Assembly (NCBI GenBank): GCA_046758505.1
Contig: JBHIAH010000056.1
Span: 1 to 16,841, forward strand
Direction of reading: 5' to 3'
Length of the DNA stretch: 16,841 nt
Source of the DNA: Candidatus Methylomirabilales bacterium
GTDB lineage: Bacteria; Methylomirabilota; Methylomirabilia; Methylomirabilales; CSP1-5
Under the pieces are notes generated by a model that had not been told where the DNA came from, did not search any database, and saw only the letters and a program-made list of their open reading frames with translations. Made by a program: the position numbers and the translations under genes. Position 1 is the first letter of the stretch; every line of letters begins with the position of its first letter. Of the stretch, positions 9,701 to 15,570 are shown piece after piece.

Positions 9701-11082
9701 GCAGCATGGATACAGGTGCAGGCCGGTTCACCAAGCTGGAGCTGGCCAAGGAGGCGGCACAGCTCGTGGTGGAGCTGTTGGATCGCCGAAGTGAAGTCGG
9801 GGTCTTGGCCTTTGACACGGCGCCGAGCTGGGTCGTTCCGATTCAACCGGTCGTGGATCGGGAGCACCTCCGATACGAGATTGCAACCATCAAGAGCGGC
9901 GGCGGGACGGATGTTTTTCCTGCCGTCAAGGAGGCGTACCAGCGTTTATTCCAGCGGGAGGCACGCCTCAAGCACTTGATTCTCCTCTCCGACGGGCAGT
10001 CGGCTGCAGGTGACTTCGCGTCCCTGACCCGGCGGATGGCGCGGGATGGGATTACCGTTTCCACGGTCGCGATCGGCAGGGATGCCGATACGCGCCTCCT
10101 CACTGATATCAGCCGGTGGGGCCGGGGGCGCTATTATTACAGCGACGACGCGCAGAGCCTCCCCCGCATTTTTGCGCTGGAAGCGCAGCTTGCGAGCAAG
10201 TCGGCGGTGGTGGAAGAGCCGTTCCTCCCGGTCGTCACGGCGCCGCTCCACGAAATCGTGCAGCAGATTGACTGGCGGACGGCCCCTCCGCTCGGCGGAC
10301 ACGTTGCCACGACCGCCCGGCCGACCGCCGAACTCTTGCTGGCCTCGCCCCAGGGAGATCCGCTCCTCGCGGTCTGGCGATACGGTCTCGGTCGGTCGGC
10401 GGCATTTACCTCGGACGCGAAGGCCCGGTGGGGTGTCCTTTGGCTCAAGTGGAAAGGATTCCCTCGGCTTTTCGCCCAGCTCGTCCGGTGGACCCTCCGA
10501 AGGGGGCAGCAACAAGAGCTCACCGCCGGGTTCGACCGCGACCGCGACCGCGGGGTGATTACGGTGGAGGCTGTGGACCCCCGGGGGGAGTTTCAGAACT
10601 TCCTCGAGGCGCGGGTCGGTGTGATCGCGCCGGACAAGCAGCGGATGGTGTTGGACCTGACGCAGATTGCCCCGGGTCGGTACGCGGGGACGTTTCCCCT
10701 GAAGGGGGAGGGTGTCTATCTGGTCGGCGTGATGGAGCGGCGCGGGCAGAAGACTCTCCACTCTGAGCTGGGGAGCCTCGTCCTCCCCGACGCCCCCGAG
10801 CACCGAACGCTCGGACTGAATCTTCCGGTCCTCCAAGAGGTGGTGGGACTCACCGGGGGGCGCCTCCTCAAGAGAGCCGAAGAGGTCTTTCGCGTGGGGC
10901 GCAGGCCCTCTGTCGTCTCGAGGCCCATTTGGCCCTACTTGGCCGCGGTGAGCCTTTTCCTCTTTTTCGCCGAGTATCTCAGCCGGCGCCTGTGGCAGCC
11001 GGAGGTCACTCGGAGTGCCGCGAGCGTGTCGCGGGGAGCCACCCCCCTGCCCCGCCTGGTCAAGGGGAGGAGACGGAGTTGA
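6721..11082 (+). CDS. Large multi-domain membrane protein: BatA-type N-terminal TM pair, three vWA domains, Ig-like regions and glutamine-amidotransferase-like regions
   Basis: MTFANP-hydrophobic...ALAGP (BatA-like). MIDAS motifs DTSAS (7003), DRSAS (8662) and DRSGS (9691), each followed by a Thr and a TDG/SDG. GATase1-like motifs YDTVILSNV, GGGLLMLGGEESFGLGGY, PLLAVWRYGLGRSAAFTSD. Internal TM pair near 8470-8610 and a C-terminal TM (IWPYLAAVSLFLFFAEY). Confidence 0.9.
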   Translation: MTFANPAALLVLLTIPLLLLLRSVRRPRGRHVVPSLLLWESGSPPRPSWAFLRRLPVDFLLLLQILFLLLVGLALAGPRLTWWQTGVKRVALVLDTSASMQASDVFPSRFDAARAEALTTLGRLEAGREVSVVEAGVRPVLHQAFTTETERARAALNRLTPQDGTAAIRETLALLDTLAEHAPLEVHLFTDGAFDPVPWSPGEGWVFRVHRVGVRSHNVAITNFRIRKSYYTPARYELFVGVINFAPETLTFPFVLTLDGKPLHTEQVTLPARTRRGLVIPIFHRGGGVVEGRVEVVDDLAVDNRASAVIPPPRALRVLLVSQGNLFVENALKADPRIELTTVNPEAFPQARAGQDVVVLDNYSPNSIPPGRYLLIRSVPGNAPIEVLGTVRAPRIVDWDRSHPVMRYLDLAQVVIDAALKVRSLAGGDTLMESQLTPLALAFHEGGYRLVFLGFNPLTSDFPLRAAFPLFVSNALRWLYPTGIEDLGLDGGVGVPRAVALDPTLEQLALRGPRGDERSVPILNGRAYLPGLRRAGVYQIRGGAWRRQIARNLSDAAESDLTPRSVWPTREAREGVGGFEATWELWRLLLGLAFVVLCVEFVLAVRRGHRGLLVVLSRGVGLFCLGWALTNPSLSRAADRLNVLFLWDRSASIPFTEQVRAWEFMRAALKSKEGRDTAGLISFAGSARVDVPLSRDPDFTRRPDAPLQGEGTELAGALEAALFTLPSAGQSRIVLLSDGHDSRGKVLSEIIAARERGVEVHALPLGVWREGEVLLGRLSLPREVKEGEAFVLRVIVMSAAESTGRITLSRNGKFLGAQTVRLAAGKNVFAYQQTVRKGGFHVFQASIDAPGDVIEANNRALGVVAVRGRPRVLYAEKDREQARHLLKVLRAQKMAVDLVGPGRIPRDLRTLLSYDTVILSNVSALRLSRAQMELLRKYVRDHGGGLLMLGGEESFGLGGYYHTPVEESLPVTMEARQRLEVPSLAVALVIDRSGSMDTGAGRFTKLELAKEAAQLVVELLDRRSEVGVLAFDTAPSWVVPIQPVVDREHLRYEIATIKSGGGTDVFPAVKEAYQRLFQREARLKHLILLSDGQSAAGDFASLTRRMARDGITVSTVAIGRDADTRLLTDISRWGRGRYYYSDDAQSLPRIFALEAQLASKSAVVEEPFLPVVTAPLHEIVQQIDWRTAPPLGGHVATTARPTAELLLASPQGDPLLAVWRYGLGRSAAFTSDAKARWGVLWLKWKGFPRLFAQLVRWTLRRGQQQELTAGFDRDRDRGVITVEAVDPRGEFQNFLEARVGVIAPDKQRMVLDLTQIAPGRYAGTFPLKGEGVYLVGVMERRGQKTLHSELGSLVLPDAPEHRTLGLNLPVLQEVVGLTGGRLLKRAEEVFRVGRRPSVVSRPIWPYLAAVSLFLFFAEYLSRRLWQPEVTRSAASVSRGATPLPRLVKGRRRS

Positions 11083-12452
11083 GGCGGAAGGGCGTCCGGT
11101 GGTGTGGTGTCTTCGTACTCTGTCTGGGGTTGGGCCTCCTCCTTCCCCATCCGGGGGGAGAAGCCAAGGAGGCGGGGCGCGGGATGCGGGTATTGCTCCT
11201 CCCCTTCTGGGGCCCGACCGGCCCTGCCGCCGGGGCAGGTCTGGGCGACCTGCTTGGGTTCTGTCTCAGCCGAGTGGGCCGCGTGCATGTCCTCGGCGGC
11301 CGCAAGATATTTCAGTCGCTCCAGTGGAACCTGGGCTGGCGCGGCTTGGTCATCGGGGAGGCCACGGAACTCGGACAGCGCCACCGGGCCCATGTGGTCC
11401 TGCTGATCCGGTACGCGTTGCAGGAGGATCACCTCGCCTATCAGGTCTCTCTGGGGGACCTTCGCGGGAAGCCGCGGTGGAGGCAGTTTTCTCTCTCGGG
11501 GCAATCGTGGTCGGAGGCGTATCGGCTCCACCTTCGCCTGGCGCGAGAGATCCTGGACCTCCTGGATCCCCCGCTGCTCACCTCGGAGGCGCGACGGACT
11601 GTGACGGCATGCGGCCGCCCCTTCCCCTCTCAGGAGGCCCTGGCGCTGCATGGCGAGGCCCGCCTCAAGGAGTGGGAGGGGGACGGGGAGACGGCGATCA
11701 CTATCTACGGTCGGGCTGGCGAGGCGGCGTCGGGATTTGCCCTTCCCTTTTTTCGGCAGGGGGAGCTGTTCGAGGCCCTGGGGAGCCGGTGGAGGGCGGC
11801 GGGGGCCTATCGTCGGGCGGTTCAGGTGGACGGACAATTTGTCGAGGCGTATAAGCGGTTGGGGGACCTCCTCGCCGAAAATCCGAGGCGCCTCTTTGAA
11901 CAGGCCCTGGTGGCCTACCAACGGGCGGTGGAGATCGACCCGGACTACGCCGGCGCCTATGTGGGCTTGGCAGATACCTCGGCTGCGCTCGGCAAGGTGG
12001 ACGAGGCGATCCGGGAGTACGGCCGGGCACTGAGTGCGGATCCCTGGAACATCCGCGCCCATTTGGGCCTCGCCCACATTTATTATGCGGAAAGGGGGCT
12101 CTTTCACGAGGCGGTGGCCGAGTACGAGCAGGCCCTGGCGTTGGACCCCGACTTCGTGGAAGCGCATTTTGGGCTTGGGGACATGCTGGAAGAGAAGGGG
12201 TTATACCAGCAGGCGATTTCCCGGTATGAGCACGTCCTGGACCTGAAACCCGGGCATACCGGCGCGCTCTTTGCCGTTGCCCGGGCCTATGAAAAGGTGG
12301 ACGTGCCCGAGGCCATCGCTCGATGGGAGCAATACCTCCGGGTAGCGTCGGCGGTCCCCTCGGAGCGGGAGTGGCTGGACATTGCGCGAGGGCATCTGGA
12401 GAGACTGAGGCGGCTCGAACAAGAAAAACTCCCCGTGCGACAGGAGAGGTGA
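11079..12452 (+). CDS. Exported tetratricopeptide-repeat protein (~457 aa)
   Basis: Probable TTG start at 11079 overlapping the upstream TGA, with GGAGG upstream (ORF track opens at 10929). Basic N-terminus plus hydrophobic stretch and GGEA cleavage-like site; RVLLLPF alpha/beta domain; multiple TPR motifs (AYKRLGDL, AYVGLAD, AHLGLAH, AHFGLGD, A..Y..AL..DP). Confidence 0.85.
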   Translation: MRRKGVRWCGVFVLCLGLGLLLPHPGGEAKEAGRGMRVLLLPFWGPTGPAAGAGLGDLLGFCLSRVGRVHVLGGRKIFQSLQWNLGWRGLVIGEATELGQRHRAHVVLLIRYALQEDHLAYQVSLGDLRGKPRWRQFSLSGQSWSEAYRLHLRLAREILDLLDPPLLTSEARRTVTACGRPFPSQEALALHGEARLKEWEGDGETAITIYGRAGEAASGFALPFFRQGELFEALGSRWRAAGAYRRAVQVDGQFVEAYKRLGDLLAENPRRLFEQALVAYQRAVEIDPDYAGAYVGLADTSAALGKVDEAIREYGRALSADPWNIRAHLGLAHIYYAERGLFHEAVAEYEQALALDPDFVEAHFGLGDMLEEKGLYQQAISRYEHVLDLKPGHTGALFAVARAYEKVDVPEAIARWEQYLRVASAVPSEREWLDIARGHLERLRRLEQEKLPVRQER

Positions 12453-12456
12453 GACC

Positions 12457-13467
12457 GTGCACGACAGCGGCGAGAGGCGGGCGGAACTCTTTCGAGAACG
12501 ATTTCAGCGGATCGCAGACGAGGTGGGGAAGGTCATCGTGGGACACCGGGCGGTCATCCAGGATGTCCTCCTCTCCCTCTTTTGCGGGGGACATGTCCTC
12601 TTGGAGGGGGTCCCGGGTCTTGGGAAGACGCTGCTGGTCAAGACACTCAGTCGGTGTCTCGACCTTCGCTTTTCCCGGGTCCAGTTTACCCCTGATCTGA
12701 TGCCGGCCGACATCATCGGGACCGTCGTGGTGATGGAAGACAGCCAGGGAAAGAAGTATTTCCAGTTCCAGCGTGGTCCCCTGTTCGGTCAGATCGTCCT
12801 GGCGGATGAGGTGAATCGGGCCACCCCCAAGACCCAGTCGGCCCTCCTCGAAGCGATGCAAGAGATGTCGGTGACCGTGGGAAGGACCCAGCATCCGCTG
12901 GAGCGGCCATTCTTTGTCCTGGCCACCCAGAATCCGATCGAGATGGAGGGGACGTATCCGCTGCCCGAGGCCCAGATGGACCGCTTCTTCTTCAAGGTCC
13001 GGGTGCGCTACCCTGGCCTGGAGGACCTCACCGGCATCATTGACCGGACGACAGGGCAGACCGATGAGCAGATCAGTCGGATCATCGGGGGGGCGGATGT
13101 GGAGGCGATGAAGCATTGGGTGCGCGACGTCCCCATTGCCACCCATCTGAAGGAGTATGTCGCCCGGGTGATCATGGGCACGCATCCCGACTCGGCGTCG
13201 GCGCCCGATCCCATCAAGCGGTACGTCCGCTACGGCTCGAGCCCGCGGGGGGCCCAGGCGCTCGTGCTGGCCGGCAAGGCCACGGCCCTGCTCGCCGGGC
13301 GGTTCAACGTGAGCGGGGAGGATATCACCCGCGTCGCCCTGCCGGCGCTCCGGCATCGGATCATCCTGAGCTTCGAGGGAGAGGCAGATGGCGTGACAAC
13401 AGATACAATGGTGGAGGCCGTGCTCGAGCGAGCGACCGAGGAGATGGGCGTCAAAATCCTCCCCTGA
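12457..13467 (+). CDS. moxR: MoxR-family AAA+ ATPase
   Basis: Walker A GVPGLGKT, RVQFTPDLMPADI, Walker B LADEVNRATPKTQSALLEAMQE, ATQNPIEMEGTYPLPEAQMDRF, GSSPRG, LRHRI; GTG start after GAGGTG. Confidence 0.95.
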   Translation: MHDSGERRAELFRERFQRIADEVGKVIVGHRAVIQDVLLSLFCGGHVLLEGVPGLGKTLLVKTLSRCLDLRFSRVQFTPDLMPADIIGTVVVMEDSQGKKYFQFQRGPLFGQIVLADEVNRATPKTQSALLEAMQEMSVTVGRTQHPLERPFFVLATQNPIEMEGTYPLPEAQMDRFFFKVRVRYPGLEDLTGIIDRTTGQTDEQISRIIGGADVEAMKHWVRDVPIATHLKEYVARVIMGTHPDSASAPDPIKRYVRYGSSPRGAQALVLAGKATALLAGRFNVSGEDITRVALPALRHRIILSFEGEADGVTTDTMVEAVLERATEEMGVKILP

Positions 13468-13480
13468 TACATACGTCCAG

Positions 13481-13519
13481 GACAGTCCAGGGGTCAGACA
13501 GACAGTCCAGGGGTCAGAC
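13481..13519. repeat. Tandem direct repeat, 20-bp period
   Basis: GACAGTCCAGGGGTCAGAC at 13481-13499 and 13501-13519; a partial GTCCAG at 13475-13480. Confidence 0.9.
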
Positions 13520-13867
13520 GTTTATATATTTATATTGTCGCAAAGATCGGCTTCGGCAACGAGGCTACATAGGGCGCCGATCGCGGATGGAGCATCCGTG
13601 GGTCCCTTCCCACGGTGTCGGCCGTCGCAAGCAGGGTCAGCATATCTTTGGCGTTCCAGCGGGTGAGGCCCACTGCTGCCATGGGTTATGGAGGGAGGTC
13701 GAAGTCAGGCATTTGTATGCTCTCGCATTTTCATCACGGCTGCTGAGGGTTTGTCGGCTGAGGTGTCATCAGGGGAAACGCAAAATCATGATGCGATCTT
13801 CTCCTCTGTTGCGAGGCCTGCGACAAGGGAGAGGAAGCAAATATAAAATTAGCAATGTCTGACCCCT
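13509..13867. mobile_element. Putative non-autonomous MITE/REPIN-like element bounded by imperfect inverted repeats
   Basis: Left 13509-13536 (AGGGGTCAGACGTTTATATATTTATATT) and right 13840-13867 (AATATAAAATTAGCAATGTCTGACCCCT) are reverse complements at 23 of 28 positions, with the outer 11 bp perfect. A second inner pair is TTGTCGCA (13535-13542) / TGCGACAA (13819-13826). The interior has lower GC and no recognisable gene. Confidence 0.5.
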
Positions 13868-13921
13868 CTCCGTTCGGGGTCACCGGGGGCCCGATGTCTT
13901 CCTCAGAATGCCGAGAAGGGC

Positions 13922-13951
13922 TTGACACCCAATGAAAAGCCGTGCTAGTCT
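13922..13951 (+). promoter_or_regulatory. Putative sigma70 promoter of the atp operon
   Basis: Perfect TTGACA (13922-13927), 18 bp, TAGTCT (13946-13951) with extended -10 TG at 13943-13944; same architecture as the 2733 promoter. Confidence 0.55.
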
Positions 13952-14378
13952 GTGGCGCTTTTGGTCGAGAGAAACCCCCGGCGGGGGGCAGGATGGGCAG
14001 AGCGGTCCTGAGGCGCTCGGCCGCAGAATCCACCGAGCCGCCCTTTTCCTTATTGGGGGCGGTTTCCTTTTTTGCCTGGTGGTGGGCGGCTGGCGCTGGG
14101 CGCTGGGCTACGGGATCGGCGGTGGAGTTGCGGTGGCCAACCTCGAGCTCTTGCGCCAGGCGGTCACCCGGAGTCTCGTCCCGGAAGCGGGAAAGACCCT
14201 GTCTCGCCTCGTGAGCGGTTCGCTCCTCAGGTTGCTCGGAATCGGCATCGTGTTCTTCCTGGTGATCAAGTTTCTTCCTGTGCGGGTGATCGGGCTGGCC
14301 CTGGGGCTCTTGGTGGGGCCGGTCGCCGTCCTGGTGGCCGGGTACGCCGGGACGAATGACGTGGAGCGAGAGGCATGA
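13932..14378 (+). CDS. atpI: ATP synthase accessory membrane protein I (AtpI-like); start uncertain
   Basis: Four hydrophobic helices; ALGYGIGGGVAVANLELL and LLRLLGIGIVFFLVI motifs typical of AtpI; first gene before atpF-atpH-atpA. Confidence 0.8.
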   Translation: MKSRASLWRFWSRETPGGGQDGQSGPEALGRRIHRAALFLIGGGFLFCLVVGGWRWALGYGIGGGVAVANLELLRQAVTRSLVPEAGKTLSRLVSGSLLRLLGIGIVFFLVIKFLPVRVIGLALGLLVGPVAVLVAGYAGTNDVEREA

Positions 14379-15025
14379 ACTTCGGTCGAGCGCTTGTTCG
14401 GGGCGTGCGGGTACTGAAGGGGGGAGCGGTGAACGGGATCCGGGTCCGCGGCGTTGGGGCTGCACTGGTGAGCCTGGGGCTGTTGAGTCTGCCACACGTG
14501 GGCCTGGCCGCAGAGGCCGAGGGGGAACACGGCCCGGGGATTGTCAATCTCGATTTCACGTTGCTCTTGCAGGCGATCAACTTCATCATCCTGGCAGCCA
14601 TCCTCTACAAGTTTCTCTTCAAGCCCCTGGCCACCTTCATGGAGAAACGGGCGGAGGGGATTCGGCACTCCCTCGATGAGGCCAAACAGGCGCGGGACGA
14701 GGTGGTCCGGGCGCGCGCGGAGTACGAGGAATCACTGCGCGCAGCCCGCCAGGAGGCGGCGGCCGTCCGGCAGCGGATGGATCGAGAAATGGCGGAGGAG
14801 CGAGAACGGTTGATGCAGCATTCACGGGAAGAGGCGCAGCGCCTGCTCACTCAGGCCCGGTCCGAGATCGAACAGGAGGTACGGCGCGCCAAGGCCGAAC
14901 TCCGCAGTGAGGCGGTCCAACTCTCTCTCACGGCAGCGGAGCGGCTCCTGCAGCGGAACTTGACGGAGGAGGATCACCGGCGGATGGCGGAGCAGTACAT
15001 TCAGGAGCTCGGGAGGACGTCGTGA
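14375..15025 (+). CDS. atpF: F0F1 ATP synthase subunit b with N-terminal extension (alternative start GTG 14429)
   Basis: TLLLQAINFIILAAILYKFLFKPLATFMEKRAEGIRHSLDEA, then an A/E/R-rich coiled coil ending LTAAERLLQRNLTEEDHRRM. ATG 14375 overlaps the atpI stop; GTG 14429 follows a GGGGAG SD. Confidence 0.95.
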   Translation: MNFGRALVRGVRVLKGGAVNGIRVRGVGAALVSLGLLSLPHVGLAAEAEGEHGPGIVNLDFTLLLQAINFIILAAILYKFLFKPLATFMEKRAEGIRHSLDEAKQARDEVVRARAEYEESLRAARQEAAAVRQRMDREMAEERERLMQHSREEAQRLLTQARSEIEQEVRRAKAELRSEAVQLSLTAAERLLQRNLTEEDHRRMAEQYIQELGRTS

Positions 15026-15564
15026 TCGTCGGTGGGTTGGCCAAACGGTATGCCAGGGCGCTGGCCGAGGTGGCGGCCGAGGCGGATGCCCTGGAGTCGG
15101 TGGGCGCGGAGCTGATGTCTTTGGCGAAGCTCTGGCAAGAGGAGCCCGCGATGGCCGCCTTCTTTGGCAACCCGGGCATCCTCCATCGGGACAAACTGCA
15201 GGTCCTCGAGCGCCTCGCAAAGCGGATGGCATTCTCCCCCCTCTTGACTCGGTTTCTCGGTCTGCTGCTCGCCCGGGACCGGATGCAGGCCCTGCCGGGC
15301 ATGGCCCGCATCTACCGGGACCTCATGAACAAACACTTGGGACGCGTCCAGGCAGGGGTCACGACGGCAGTCCCCCTCGGGTCCGATCTCGCGGAGCGCC
15401 TGGGCCGCCGGATGGCCGAGGTACTGGGAGAGACCGTGCTCCTGGAGCCGCTGGTCGATCCCGCGATCCTGGGGGGGATTGTGGTTCAGGTGGATAGCAC
15501 AGTCTACGACGGCAGTCTCCGGACGCAACTCGGGCACCTTCGGGAACATCTCCTCAGGGAGTGA
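15022..15564 (+). CDS. atpH: F0F1 ATP synthase subunit delta
   Basis: AKRYARAL, FFGNPGI, VTTAVPL, VDPAILGGIVVQVDSTVYDGSLRTQL; GTGA overlap with the atpF stop. Confidence 0.96.
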   Translation: MIVGGLAKRYARALAEVAAEADALESVGAELMSLAKLWQEEPAMAAFFGNPGILHRDKLQVLERLAKRMAFSPLLTRFLGLLLARDRMQALPGMARIYRDLMNKHLGRVQAGVTTAVPLGSDLAERLGRRMAEVLGETVLLEPLVDPAILGGIVVQVDSTVYDGSLRTQLGHLREHLLRE

Positions 15565-15570
15565 GAAGCG

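Noticed and set aside
10929..11078. ORF-track N-terminal extension of the TPR gene
   Set aside because: It overlaps the vWA gene by 150 bp; TTG 11079 has an SD, is coupled to the upstream stop and exposes a signal peptide.
11701..13356. 551-aa minus-strand ORF
   Set aside because: Antisense shadow of the TPR and moxR genes; no motifs; long antisense ORFs are expected in high-GC coding DNA.
13481..13519. Possible mini-CRISPR
   Set aside because: Two adjacent 19-bp copies separated by one base; no spacers and no cas genes.
13707..13721. Sigma54-like AGGCAT...TGCT
   Set aside because: GG-to-GC spacing is 9 bp, not the required 10.
13116..13862. 248-aa plus-strand ORF running from moxR through the IR element
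   Set aside because: Out-of-frame overlap with moxR; no HUH or catalytic Tyr transposase motif recognisable. A decayed fragment cannot be excluded without a search.
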